This document shows positions 37,209 to 46,830 of a stretch of 64,000 nucleotides of DNA, one piece after another. Source of the stretch: Cryomorphaceae bacterium. Its GTDB lineage: Bacteria; Bacteroidota; Bacteroidia; Flavobacteriales_D; SKUL01. Under the pieces are notes generated by a model. That model worked only from the letters and a program-made list of their open reading frames with translations, was not told the DNA's origin and did not search any database. The translations under genes and the position numbers were made by a program. The stretch is from contig REDV01000078.1 in assembly GCA_007695365.1 (NCBI GenBank), positions 43,562 to 107,561 of the forward strand. The letters run 5' to 3'. The number at the start of each line of letters is the position of its first letter. Position 1 is the first letter of the stretch.

Positions 37209-37928
37209 TCAAACCACCACCACATTTTTTTCGGCAATAGGCGGCTCGCCTTTCATGCGCAAGAGCAATTGGGCCACGGCCAGCACGTCTTTTTCGCAGT
37301 AGCGCACAATTTTTTCCAGATCATCTTCCTCGTAATATACCCGCGCTACGTCGGCACCGCTGATATCATCTTTGGGCGTAGGAATGCCAAAAATATGGGT
37401 CAGAAGATTGAGCGATGTATAATGTTTGTAGTCGCCAAACTTCCACAATTCGAGGGTATCGAGGTGCGGAACCTCCCAGGGCTTTTTCCCGCTCAGGTCG
37501 AGCAAGTCAGGCAATGGAATGCCCAAAACCAGCATTCTGCGGCACAGATACGGGATATCGAATTCCTTGATATTATGACCGCAAAGCAAGTAGTTGGAGC
37601 CACTGAAACGCCCGCTCATCAGGTCGGCAAATTCCTCCAGTAAGACGCGCTCATCCTTGCCCGAAAATGAGGTTACCCGGAACTTCTTTTCTCCGGCTGT
37701 ATGGTGCAAATATCCCATGGATATGCAAACCACCTTGCCAAACTCAGCGTACACCCCGGCCCGTTCGTACACCTCATCGGGGGTCTTTTCCTCCCGCTGC
37801 TGAAAAAAGCGGGTTTTGTCGGCCCAGAGCTGCTGCATTTCGGGCGAAAGCTCCTCAAAGGTGTAGTACTGAGGAACGGTTTCGATATCGATAAAGAGAA
37901 TACGGTCGGAGTTGATTTGTTGTAGCAT
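37209..37928 (-). CDS. DEDD-type 3'-5' exonuclease, PolB-exonuclease-like / RNase H-like fold
   Basis: ILFIDIETVP (Exo I), CGHNIKEFDIPYL (Exo II) and YCEKDVLAVAQL (Exo III). Confidence 0.75.
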   Translation of the reverse strand: MLQQINSDRILFIDIETVPQYYTFEELSPEMQQLWADKTRFFQQREEKTPDEVYERAGVYAEFGKVVCISMGYLHHTAGEKKFRVTSFSGKDERVLLEEFADLMSGRFSGSNYLLCGHNIKEFDIPYLCRRMLVLGIPLPDLLDLSGKKPWEVPHLDTLELWKFGDYKHYTSLNLLTHIFGIPTPKDDISGADVARVYYEEDDLEKIVRYCEKDVLAVAQLLLRMKGEPPIAEKNVVVV

Positions 37929-37967
37929 ATTAGGATAATTTGGTTGGCCTAAAGTTGCACAAACCGT

Positions 37968-38372
37968 TTAAATAATCAAAACGCCACGCGTATTGATAAC
38001 CGGAACATTACCCATGTTTTCCTCCGTGATACTGCCCGGCACAAAAATGTATTTTTTATCGTACATCACATTTTGCTGGTAAAAGCTCACCCAATATTGG
38101 TTGGTGAGACCGAGCAGGCTGTCGGGGATAAGCTCAATTTTACGGTAGCTTTTGGGTTCCATGGTGTCAAGAAAATAGCGCAGCTCACTGGTTTTTACCG
38201 ATTCATCGTTTTGCTGACCATAACCGCTCGACCTCACCAACACTCCCTCTATGGGCTCGTCTTTGAGGTTGATGAGAAAGCTGTACCACGAAGGCACTCC
38301 GTTCTCGTCGGGTTGCAGAATCACAGCCAGGGCAATGTCTTCAACCTTGGGCACGTGAATGTCCTTAATCAT
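37968..38372 (-). CDS. Hypothetical cytoplasmic protein (134 aa)
   Basis: ATG 38372 forms an ATGA overlap with the stop of the upstream serine-hydrolase gene. The longer track ORF (to 38561) runs inside that gene. No family recognised. Confidence 0.6.
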   Translation of the reverse strand: MIKDIHVPKVEDIALAVILQPDENGVPSWYSFLINLKDEPIEGVLVRSSGYGQQNDESVKTSELRYFLDTMEPKSYRKIELIPDSLLGLTNQYWVSFYQQNVMYDKKYIFVPGSITEENMGNVPVINTRGVLII

Positions 38373-39520
38373 GGCATAAGTTGTTGTGCGATGTTGATGT
38401 ACTGGTAGGCATCGGCGGGCAAGTGGTTCAACTTTTCGTCGGAGCGTTGGTGGCCCAGACGCACTACGACTAATTCGTAATCGGGCACCACAATGATGTA
38501 TTGGCCGAGCATACCCTGCGCCTGAAAAAAGGGTGTGCCATTGTGATTGCCCAGCCACCACTGAAATCCATAGTGCATCACGGTTTCGCCGTATCGGTCG
38601 GGGATGCGGATGGGGCTTACGGAGGCCTCCACGTAATCAGGCGGAATCACCGTTTTACCTTTCCACTCACCCCCGTGCATGTAGAGTAGGCCCAATCTGG
38701 CGAGGTCGCGCACCTGGGCGTAAAAGCAGCACGACGATCGCTCCATACCATGAGGTTTGTCTGTAGTCCACCAGGCGTCGGCTTCAGCACCAATGGCTTT
38801 CCAGATGTGACGCGAAAAAAAGTTGGCGAGTGATTCGCCACTTGCGGCCTCCACAATCATAGCGAGCAAAATGGTATTTCCTCCGGCGTAGTAAAACTCG
38901 CTTCCGGCGGGTTTTTCCGGGCCAAAAGCAAGGGTGTGTTCACGCAGTTGATTGCCGTAGTACACACGGGCCTGATAGCCCAGCGGGTTTTTGTAGTTTT
39001 CGTCAAAGCCGTAGCCGGAGGCCATCTGAAGCAGGTGTCGGATGGTAACATCATGCTCATTGCGCTCTGCCAGTTCGGGAACATAGTTTGACGCAGGTTC
39101 ATCCAGGCTTTTAATCATCCCTTCGCGAAGCAGCACACCCACAGCCATGCTCACAAATGACTTGGCCATTGAAAAGGTGTTGAGGTAGCTTTGTGCGCTG
39201 TACTCGTCAAAAAAGTGCTCAGTCAACACGCTGTCGCGATGCACCACAAGATAGGCTGCGGTTCCATATGACTCCAGATAGCTTATGTCGTCGGCTGAGA
39301 GCGGGCGATTGAATGCCGCGTGATTGGGCAGTGACGGCCCTCCGGGAGCTTCTATACGCCGGTGGTCAAACAGCCGGAAGTCATCAATGGAAGGGCCCTT
39401 CTGCCCCACGAAATACGTTTTGGAAACAGCCACAAGCACATGTCCGTTTCCGGTGAAATAAAGTCCGGATGCGATGAGAATAATGAGCAGGAGGAATCCG
39501 AGAAAGAGGCGCCGTATCAT
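38369..39520 (-). CDS. Beta-lactamase-family serine hydrolase (class C/PBP4*-like)
   Basis: N-terminal membrane anchor or signal sequence. SxxK nucleophile motif FSMAKSF. 383 aa. Confidence 0.8.
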   Translation of the reverse strand: MIRRLFLGFLLLIILIASGLYFTGNGHVLVAVSKTYFVGQKGPSIDDFRLFDHRRIEAPGGPSLPNHAAFNRPLSADDISYLESYGTAAYLVVHRDSVLTEHFFDEYSAQSYLNTFSMAKSFVSMAVGVLLREGMIKSLDEPASNYVPELAERNEHDVTIRHLLQMASGYGFDENYKNPLGYQARVYYGNQLREHTLAFGPEKPAGSEFYYAGGNTILLAMIVEAASGESLANFFSRHIWKAIGAEADAWWTTDKPHGMERSSCCFYAQVRDLARLGLLYMHGGEWKGKTVIPPDYVEASVSPIRIPDRYGETVMHYGFQWWLGNHNGTPFFQAQGMLGQYIIVVPDYELVVVRLGHQRSDEKLNHLPADAYQYINIAQQLMP

Positions 39521-39532
39521 AGTGTGGAGGTT

Positions 39533-40234
39533 TTAAACGTAGTTCCAACCAAAGATAGCAGAAAGATGTCCGCGCAGAACTTTGCTCACCTCATCGAAAT
39601 TTTGCCGGCTGCCCAACTCGACCTCCATGCTCGTGACGGCCTTGTCGTCAATTCCACACGGGATGATGTGCCCGAAGTAAGACAGGTCGGTATTCACATT
39701 AAACGCAAACCCGTGCATGGTGACCCAGCGGCTGCACTTCACTCCCAGGGCACATATTTTTCGGGCGCGATTGGGATCATCGGGGTCGAGCCATACCCCG
39801 GTATAGCCGGGGTAGCGATCTCCACTGATACCGTATTCGGCCAGCGTGCGGATAACAGCTTCCTCCAGTTCGCGCAGGTAGCGATGAATATCGGTGTAAA
39901 ACTGGTCGAGATCCAATATGGGGTAGCCCACAATCTGACCCGGACCGTGGTAGGTAATATCTCCCCCGCGATTGATGGGGTAAAACGATGCCTTGTAACG
40001 CTCAAGCCCTTCTTCATCGAGCAGCAGGTTCTGCACATCACCGCTCTTGCCAAGCGTGTACACATGTGGATGCTGGCAAAAAAGCAGGTAATTGGGTGGG
40101 GTTTTGGCCTCTTCGGGGTGATTGCGGTTAAAAATCTTCTGATCCACCACCCCCTTGAAAAGCTGCTCCTGATAATCCCAGGCTTGCCGGTAATCCATCA
40201 GCCCGAGGTTCTGAAAAGCTACCGCTGGTTTCAA
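39533..40234 (-). CDS. lipB: Octanoyltransferase (lipoyl(octanoyl) transferase)
   Basis: NRGGDITYHGPGQIVGYP, KICALGVK and IIPCGI catalytic-Cys motif. The TTG start overlaps the upstream TGA (TTGA). Confidence 0.9.
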   Translation of the reverse strand: MKPAVAFQNLGLMDYRQAWDYQEQLFKGVVDQKIFNRNHPEEAKTPPNYLLFCQHPHVYTLGKSGDVQNLLLDEEGLERYKASFYPINRGGDITYHGPGQIVGYPILDLDQFYTDIHRYLRELEEAVIRTLAEYGISGDRYPGYTGVWLDPDDPNRARKICALGVKCSRWVTMHGFAFNVNTDLSYFGHIIPCGIDDKAVTSMEVELGSRQNFDEVSKVLRGHLSAIFGWNYV

Positions 40235-41220
40235 TGCCGCGCAAGTTCGTTTTTGAGTTCGGTAATGACGTTTACTTCTATGGGGTCAACCTGCCTCTGC
40301 ACGGCCAGATAATACGAGAGCCAGTCGCCCAGGTGCACCAGGTAGTAAAGTCGTTCCATACGGGATGTTCCGATTGCATTGATCTCGAGTACGCAATCTG
40401 TTTGCTTGCGCATCAAATCCATATTCAGGTTCATACGCAGAGCGGTACGCGGATGATCGTCTTCGCTGCGAAGCATCAGCACACCCATGCGCTTGTCGCC
40501 ACCAGCCCAACCTACCAATTCATTGTGGTTCATTTCGGGCAGTACGTGATGCCAGCAGAGCATCTTGGCGTTTTCGTTGATTTGCTGACGCCAACGCACA
40601 GCCACGCCTTCAAGTCCGGTAGCTGCGTAGATTACGGGGGTACGGTTCTGGAGCTTTTCTGCCAAATCGCGGGCGGTATTGCGAATGGTTTCCTGCGATT
40701 GCTCCAGCACGTCGGCCACGCGGTGCAGATCTGTAGCGTCCCAGTCATTATACAGCCCTGCCCCTTGCAACAAGCCCAGAAGGGTAATGAGTCCATGTCC
40801 AAAGGCTGCTCGCGGGGGATAGCCTTCGGGTAATTTGGCGCTTACCCAGCCCTCTGTTTCAGCTGTGGCGAGCAATTGTCCGCCCGATGCAATGGCCGCA
40901 ATAGACGCTCCGGCTTCGTTCGCTTTGTGGGCGGCAGCAAGGGTCTCCTCGGTGTTGCCAGAGTATGAACAAGCCACTACGAGTGTATGGGTATTCACCC
41001 AGGCGGGTATGCCGTAATCCTTGTTAACACAAACCGGAACACTGCATCTGCGCGCCAAAACCTCAGCGGCAATGGTGCCTCCGATGCCCGAACCACCCAG
41101 GCCCGTGATCAGCACGTTTTGCATATCGGTAGGCATGACACCTATGAACCGCAGCCTGTCAATGGCCTGATGCATATCCTGCGGAAATCCCGCAATGAGC
41201 TTTTCCATGTATTCGAACAT
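40231..41220 (-). CDS. SIS-domain bifunctional phosphoglucose/phosphomannose isomerase family protein
   Basis: ITGLGGSGIGG, SYSGNTEET and RWRQQINENAK...PEMNHNE. ATG 41220 (MFEYMEKLIAG) is preferred over track start 41292. Confidence 0.8.
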   Translation of the reverse strand: MFEYMEKLIAGFPQDMHQAIDRLRFIGVMPTDMQNVLITGLGGSGIGGTIAAEVLARRCSVPVCVNKDYGIPAWVNTHTLVVACSYSGNTEETLAAAHKANEAGASIAAIASGGQLLATAETEGWVSAKLPEGYPPRAAFGHGLITLLGLLQGAGLYNDWDATDLHRVADVLEQSQETIRNTARDLAEKLQNRTPVIYAATGLEGVAVRWRQQINENAKMLCWHHVLPEMNHNELVGWAGGDKRMGVLMLRSEDDHPRTALRMNLNMDLMRKQTDCVLEINAIGTSRMERLYYLVHLGDWLSYYLAVQRQVDPIEVNVITELKNELARH

Positions 41221-41296
41221 CTTGCAGCAGATTTTGGGCGGTGAAATTACGAAAATTAGCCCCGCAGCGCTTGAACCTCTTATTGAAGGCATCTCC

Positions 41297-41304
41297 TATC
41301 TTTG
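41297..41304 (+). promoter_or_regulatory. -7 box TATCTTTG for lysS
   Basis: 27 nt upstream of GTG 41331. Confidence 0.45.
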
Positions 41305-41330
41305 CCGCACAATTCAAAACCCATAAGTCT

Positions 41331-43040
41331 GTGCAGTTATCCGAACAGGAAATCATCCGCCGCGAGGCGCTGAAAAAACTTCAGGAACTGGGCATCAATG
41401 CCTTTCCTGCCGAGGAAGTAGAAGTGAGTGATTACAGCATTTCGCTGAAGGAGCAGTACGAAGAGGGCAAACAGGTAAAGCTGGCCGGGCGAATGATGAG
41501 CCGCCGCATTATGGGTAAGGCTTCGTTTGCTCAGCTTCGCGACAGCAAAGGCGAAATTCAAATTTACATTACGCGCGATGATCTCTGCCCCGGAGAGGAC
41601 AAAACCTTCTACAACGAGGTGTTTAAGAAATTGCTGGACTACGGCGATTTTGTGGCCGTAGAGGGCACCCTCTTTAAGACGCAGGTAGGCGAAGTTACGG
41701 TACACGTTACCAAACTTCAATTGCTGAGCAAGGCGCTTAAACCGCTTCCGGTAGTGAAAAGCGACAGCGAAGGAAAGGTATACGATGCCCTGAGCGACCC
41801 CGAAACACGCTATCGACAGCGTTATGTGGATTTGATCGTGAATCCGCATGTGCGACGCATTTTTGAAACGCGCTCAAAAGTTTTTGCCGCCATGCGCGAC
41901 TTTTTTAACCGCAGCGGGTATGTGGAGGTTGAAACCCCTGTACTACAACCCATTCCGGGTGGTGCCAACGCAAGGCCCTTTGTTACGCACCACAACGCGC
42001 TCGACATTCCGTTGTACCTTCGTATTGCCAATGAACTGTACCTCAAACGTCTGATTGTTGGGGGTTATGAGGGTGTCTATGAGTTCTCACGCAACTTCCG
42101 CAACGAGGGGATGGACCGCACCCACAACCCCGAGTTCACCATTATGGAAATCTACGTGGCTTACAAAGACTATCAGTGGATGATGGACTACACCGAGCAG
42201 ATGATTGGCGAGGTGGCGCAAAGGGTACACGGCAAGATGAAAGTGCAGATGGGCAATCATGAGATTGATTTTACGCCCCCCTTCCGCAGGGTAACCATGT
42301 TGGGAGTGATTGAGGAGTACACGGGCCAAGACCTTACAGGTATGGACGAAGCCGGGGTGCGCGCCGTTTGCAAAAAACTCAATGTGCCGATGGATGAAAG
42401 CATGGGCAAGGGCAAGATGATTGACGAAATTTTCGGTCAGTACTGCGAGCCCAAACTCATACAGCCCACTTTTGTAATGGACTACCCCGTGGAGATGTCG
42501 CCATTGTGCAAAAAGCACCGCGACAACCCGGAGCTCACCGAGCGTTTTGAGTTGATTGTTAACGCCACCGAAATTGCCAACGCCTACTCTGAGCTGAACG
42601 ACCCCATTGACCAACGCGAGCGCTTTGAAGCCCAGCTCAAGCTCTCCGAAAAAGGCGACGACGAGGCCATGTTTATTGACCACGACTTTTTGCGCGCCCT
42701 AGAATATGGCATGCCTCCCACCTCGGGCATGGGCATCGGGATGGACCGTTTGGTGATGCTAATGACCGGACAAAGCTCTATTCAGGAGGTACTGTTCTTT
42801 CCACAAATGCGCCCTGAGAAGTTTGTCAAAAGTGCATCAGGTACAGACGCGTTGCGCGCCATGGGTGTGGACGAGGCCTGGCTGGAATACGTGCAAGCCG
42901 CCGGATATACCGATACCGAAAAACTACGCACCGAAAAACCCACGGCCATTCACCAGAAAATGAACGGCTACCGCAAAAAGAACAAGCTCGATATTCCCGC
43001 GCTTCAGCTTGAGGATGTGATGCGGTGGATAGCTGATTAG
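41331..43040 (+). CDS. lysS: Lysine--tRNA ligase (class II) with ~70-aa C-terminal extension
   Basis: OB anticodon-binding region VKLAGRMMSRRIMGKASFAQLRD. Motif 2 FRNEGMDRTHNPEFT. Motif 3 GMGIGMDRLVML. Track start 41241 is GTG, but a TATCTTTG -7 box sits at 41297-41304 inside that extension. GTG 41331 gives (M)QLSEQEIIRREALKKL. Confidence 0.93.
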   Translation: MQLSEQEIIRREALKKLQELGINAFPAEEVEVSDYSISLKEQYEEGKQVKLAGRMMSRRIMGKASFAQLRDSKGEIQIYITRDDLCPGEDKTFYNEVFKKLLDYGDFVAVEGTLFKTQVGEVTVHVTKLQLLSKALKPLPVVKSDSEGKVYDALSDPETRYRQRYVDLIVNPHVRRIFETRSKVFAAMRDFFNRSGYVEVETPVLQPIPGGANARPFVTHHNALDIPLYLRIANELYLKRLIVGGYEGVYEFSRNFRNEGMDRTHNPEFTIMEIYVAYKDYQWMMDYTEQMIGEVAQRVHGKMKVQMGNHEIDFTPPFRRVTMLGVIEEYTGQDLTGMDEAGVRAVCKKLNVPMDESMGKGKMIDEIFGQYCEPKLIQPTFVMDYPVEMSPLCKKHRDNPELTERFELIVNATEIANAYSELNDPIDQRERFEAQLKLSEKGDDEAMFIDHDFLRALEYGMPPTSGMGIGMDRLVMLMTGQSSIQEVLFFPQMRPEKFVKSASGTDALRAMGVDEAWLEYVQAAGYTDTEKLRTEKPTAIHQKMNGYRKKNKLDIPALQLEDVMRWIAD

Positions 43041-43144
43041 ATGATGAGGTGATCTGATCATTGGGCGGTGGGCCAATTAGCGGATTAGACAATGAACAAC
43101 CAACCGGATATTCTCAACTCGGGAAACCGATGTGGGTGTTGGTC

Positions 43145-43972
43145 TCAGCAATGCAATCCAAGCTTGCGCGCAACGTCAGGCGCACAAATGAGATAGTTGA
43201 AGTAATCACTTTTCTCAATGCCTGGGGTTTGCCGGACACCCCCTTTTTCGTCGATATTGAAATACACATAGCCCAGGTCACCAACCTCACCCTGAATGGA
43301 ATGGGCTAGCTCCGCTGTTAAGACTTCTATGATCAGCGTGGGCCTGTATTTTCTCAAGCACTCCGAAAAACCGCGAAGCACCTGTAGTTCATGCATTTCA
43401 ACATCAACTTTAACAAGGTCAACCCTGGCGAGGTTTTGTTGAGCAACAAAGGTATCCAGGGTTATGGATTTTACGGTCATTGAGTCGTTCTGACCGGTGT
43501 AGTCTTCGATCACCACATCCCCGTCCACATCTGATACGGCCAAATCAAAAGCACCAATGTCGAACTTATTGGTGGCAACGTTTTGCTTCAGCATCTTAAA
43601 AAAGACCGGGTGCGGCTCAAAGGCATGCACCTTCGCCTCAGGATTCTGTGTTTGCGCAACCAGTGCGTAAATGCCTGTATTGGCACCCACGTCAAGCACA
43701 ACCTGCGCATTCTCGCAGAGCTTTACCCACAACTTGAGCGACTCTTTCTCCCACTTGCCGACCAGTCCATTCCAAAAAATGTCATTCTCTATTTTTAGTC
43801 CAAAGTGATTCACTTGAAAGGATCGAGATTCATTGATCGGAACCGAAAAAACACCCTTAAAGTGCATGTGTTTGTAGATGCTTTCAGGCGGCGTCCAGAT
43901 AGCCCGAATGCCTGAATAAATCTGACGTTTAAAGGGAAGGGCCGCATAAATGGTCTTAAGTAATTTTTTCAT
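43145..43972 (-). CDS. FkbM-family SAM-dependent methyltransferase
   Basis: VLDVGANTGIYALVA SAM-binding motif and LVKVDVEMHELQVLRG. ATG 43972 (MKKLLKTIYA) is preferred over track start 44101. Confidence 0.8.
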   Translation of the reverse strand: MKKLLKTIYAALPFKRQIYSGIRAIWTPPESIYKHMHFKGVFSVPINESRSFQVNHFGLKIENDIFWNGLVGKWEKESLKLWVKLCENAQVVLDVGANTGIYALVAQTQNPEAKVHAFEPHPVFFKMLKQNVATNKFDIGAFDLAVSDVDGDVVIEDYTGQNDSMTVKSITLDTFVAQQNLARVDLVKVDVEMHELQVLRGFSECLRKYRPTLIIEVLTAELAHSIQGEVGDLGYVYFNIDEKGGVRQTPGIEKSDYFNYLICAPDVARKLGLHC

Positions 43973-44181
43973 GAGGAATGGTGCTGTTTCAGGAGAATGC
44001 TTCCTACCCGGTGCAACAAATATGAAGAAAAACTCCCGAGCAATGGTCAGCTTTCGGTGGTTCAAGGAGCGGCAAACCGGATAAATAAACCCCATGTCCA
44101 TGCGCTTTGGTTGAGCAAATCTTAAAGCAATAAATCAGGATTTCCGGACTGCAAGGGCAAAAAAAATCCTCCAAAAAGTCT

Positions 44182-44189
44182 TACATTTG
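44182..44189 (+). promoter_or_regulatory. -7 box TACATTTG for the suf cluster
   Basis: 64 nt upstream of ATG 44253. An A8 run lies at 44159-44166. Confidence 0.45.
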
Positions 44190-44206
44190 CGAACAAAACA
44201 AGCCTT

Positions 44207-44225
44207 ATTTAGATTTAGTCTAAAT
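44207..44225. promoter_or_regulatory. Inverted repeat ATTTAGA-TTTAG-TCTAAAT between the suf -7 box and sufA
   Basis: 7-bp arms with a 5-nt spacer, located in the predicted 5' leader. Candidate operator for an Fe or Fe-S responsive regulator. Confidence 0.3.
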
Positions 44226-44252
44226 TAAGCGATACTCAAAAACGGATTACTC

Positions 44253-44579
44253 ATGATCAAAGTGAATAACAGTGCACGCGATCAGGTGCTGAAAATCAAA
44301 GGCGAAGGAGCCCACCCAGAGGAGGCGTTCATTCGCGTAGGGGTACAGGGAGGCGGCTGCTCAGGACTCATGTACAATCTCAGCTTCGATACCACACTGA
44401 AGGAAGACGATAAAGTTTTTGAAGACAACGGCGTAAAAGTGGTAGTTGACAAAAAGAGTTTCCTCTACCTGGTAGGAACGGAGCTGGAATACTCAGGAGG
44501 CCTCAACGGAAAAGGCTTCGTGTTTAGAAATCCCAACGCCAACCGAACATGCGGTTGCGGAGAGAGTTTTTCAATCTGA
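44253..44579 (+). CDS. sufA: A-type iron-sulfur cluster carrier (HesB/IscA/SufA family)
   Basis: 108 aa. GGGCSG and C-terminal CGCGESF motifs. First gene of the suf cluster. Confidence 0.88.
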   Translation: MIKVNNSARDQVLKIKGEGAHPEEAFIRVGVQGGGCSGLMYNLSFDTTLKEDDKVFEDNGVKVVVDKKSFLYLVGTELEYSGGLNGKGFVFRNPNANRTCGCGESFSI

Positions 44580-44595
44580 TAAAATCAAACAAAAC

Positions 44596-46041
44596 ATGTC
44601 TGAAGACGACAAAATATTAGAAGAGGTAACCTCGCGCGAGTACGCATACGGGTTTACCACCAATATAGAGTCCGACAAGGTTCCCAAAGGACTCAACGAG
44701 GACATCATCCGGTTGATTTCTGCTAAGAAAAACGAACCCGAATGGATGCTTGAATGGCGCCTTGAGGCCTTTAAAGTCTGGTCGGAAATGGTGGAGCCAG
44801 AGTGGGCACACGTACAATATAAAAAGCCCGATTTTCAGGACATCACTTATTACGCAGCGCCTAAGAGCAAGCCCAAACTCAACAGCCTCGATGAGGTAGA
44901 CCCCGAAATGCGCCGCACCATGGAGCGCCTCGGTATTTCCATGGAAGAACAAAAGCGCCTGACCGGCGTGGCCGTTGATTTTGTGATGGACTCGGTGTCG
45001 GTGGCTACCTCGTTTAAATCCAAACTTGCTGAACTGGGTATTATTTTCTGCTCCTTCAGCGAAGCCGTTCAGGAGCACCCGGAGCTGGTGAAAAAGTACA
45101 TCGGCTCGGTAGTGCCGCGCCGCGACAACTTTTACGCAGCCCTCAACTCGGCGGTGTTTACCGACGGATCATTCTGCTACATTCCAAAAGGCGTGAAATG
45201 CCCCATGGAGTTGAGCACCTACTTCCGCATCAACGAAGCAGGAACGGGGCAGTTTGAGCGAACGCTGGTAATTGCCGACGAAGACAGCTTTGTGAGTTAC
45301 CTGGAGGGCTGCACTGCCCCCTCGCGAGACGAGAACCAGCTTCACGCAGCCGTGGTTGAACTGGTAGCCCTAAAAGGCGCTGAAATCAAATACTCAACCG
45401 TGCAGAACTGGTTTCCGGGTGACGCCGAGGGCAAAGGCGGTGTGTTCAATTTCGTAACCAAGCGCGGCTTGTGCGACGGATTCCGGTCAAAAATCTCCTG
45501 GACACAGGTTGAAACGGGGTCGGCGGTGACCTGGAAATATCCTTCATGTGTGCTCAAAGGCGATGAATCGGTGGGGGAGTTCTACTCGGTAGCCGTAACA
45601 AACAACTTTCAGCAGGCAGACACCGGCACCAAGATGATTCACATTGGTAAAAACACCAAAAGCACCATCATCTCCAAAGGAATCTCCGCCGGAAAAAGCC
45701 AAAACTCCTATCGCGGCCTTGTTAAAATCAACAAAGGAGCAACCAATGCGCGCAACTTTTCGCAATGCGACTCCCTTCTCATGGGCGACCAATGCGGCGC
45801 ACACACTTTTCCGTACATCGAAGTAGCCAACCCTACGGGCAAAGTAGAACACGAAGCCACCACCTCCAAAATTGGTGAGGACCAGATTTTCTACTGCCAG
45901 CAACGCGGATTAGATGAAGAAGAAGCCATTGGCTTGATTGTAAACGGGTATGCCAAAGAAGTATTGAACCAGCTTCCCATGGAATTTGCCGTGGAAGCCC
46001 AAAAACTACTCGCCATTTCGCTGGAAGGAAGCGTGGGATAA
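44596..46041 (+). CDS. sufB: Fe-S cluster assembly scaffold SufB
   Basis: 481 aa. Typical SufB C-terminal beta-helix region ([16 protein letters not shown]...HEATTSKI). Operon context. Confidence 0.96.
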   Translation: MSEDDKILEEVTSREYAYGFTTNIESDKVPKGLNEDIIRLISAKKNEPEWMLEWRLEAFKVWSEMVEPEWAHVQYKKPDFQDITYYAAPKSKPKLNSLDEVDPEMRRTMERLGISMEEQKRLTGVAVDFVMDSVSVATSFKSKLAELGIIFCSFSEAVQEHPELVKKYIGSVVPRRDNFYAALNSAVFTDGSFCYIPKGVKCPMELSTYFRINEAGTGQFERTLVIADEDSFVSYLEGCTAPSRDENQLHAAVVELVALKGAEIKYSTVQNWFPGDAEGKGGVFNFVTKRGLCDGFRSKISWTQVETGSAVTWKYPSCVLKGDESVGEFYSVAVTNNFQQADTGTKMIHIGKNTKSTIISKGISAGKSQNSYRGLVKINKGATNARNFSQCDSLLMGDQCGAHTFPYIEVANPTGKVEHEATTSKIGEDQIFYCQQRGLDEEEAIGLIVNGYAKEVLNQLPMEFAVEAQKLLAISLEGSVG

Positions 46042-46071
46042 ATCAAATTCAACCTAAAAAGACAACGCAAC

Positions 46072-46830
46072 ATGCTCTCAATAAAAAACCTGCACGCCGA
46101 AATTGAAGGCCACGGCATTTTAAAAGGCCTCAATCTGGACGTTAAACCCGGCGAAGTACACGCCATTATGGGCCCCAACGGATCAGGAAAAAGCACCCTG
46201 GCCTCGGTTTTGGCCGGCCGCGAAGAATACGAGGTAACCCATGGCTCGGTAAACTATAAAGGCCAGGACCTACTGGAAATGGCGCCCGAAGAGCGTGCCC
46301 GCGAGGGTGTTTTTCTGGCGTTTCAGTACCCTGTTGAAATTCCCGGAGTAAGTAACATCAACTTCCTGAAGGCAGCCGTAAACGCCGTTCGCAACCACCA
46401 CGGAAAAGAAAAACTCTCCGCAGGCGATTTCCTCAAAATGGTGAAGGAAAAATCAGCCTTGGTGCAGCTCGACGGAAAACTTGCCAACCGCTCGCTCAAC
46501 GAAGGGTTTTCGGGCGGCGAAAAGAAGCGCAACGAGATTTTTCAAATGGCCATGCTTGAGCCTGCGCTTTGCATTCTCGACGAAACCGATTCAGGCCTGG
46601 ATATTGATGCCCTTCGCATTGTAGCCGAAGGTGTGAACAGCATGCGCAGCCCTGAGCGCTCGTTTATTGTGATTACTCACTACCAGCGTTTGCTCGATTA
46701 CATCGTACCCGATTACGTGCACGTACTTCAGGGCGGACGCATCGTTAAAAGCGGCCCGAAAGAACTCGCCTTGGAGCTTGAGGAAAAAGGCTACGACTGG
46801 ATTATCAACGAGCAAAACGTAGGAGTATGA
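46072..46830 (+). CDS. sufC: Fe-S cluster assembly ATPase SufC
   Basis: Walker A GPNGSGKST. Signature-like FSGGEKKRNE. Walker B ILDETDSGLD. Confidence 0.96.
   Translation: MLSIKNLHAEIEGHGILKGLNLDVKPGEVHAIMGPNGSGKSTLASVLAGREEYEVTHGSVNYKGQDLLEMAPEERAREGVFLAFQYPVEIPGVSNINFLKAAVNAVRNHHGKEKLSAGDFLKMVKEKSALVQLDGKLANRSLNEGFSGGEKKRNEIFQMAMLEPALCILDETDSGLDIDALRIVAEGVNSMRSPERSFIVITHYQRLLDYIVPDYVHVLQGGRIVKSGPKELALELEEKGYDWIINEQNVGV

Noticed and set aside
39362-40312. 316-aa plus-strand ORF
   Set aside because: It is fully antisense to lipB and to the 5' part of the serine-hydrolase gene, both of which have clear family motifs. It is a typical shadow ORF.
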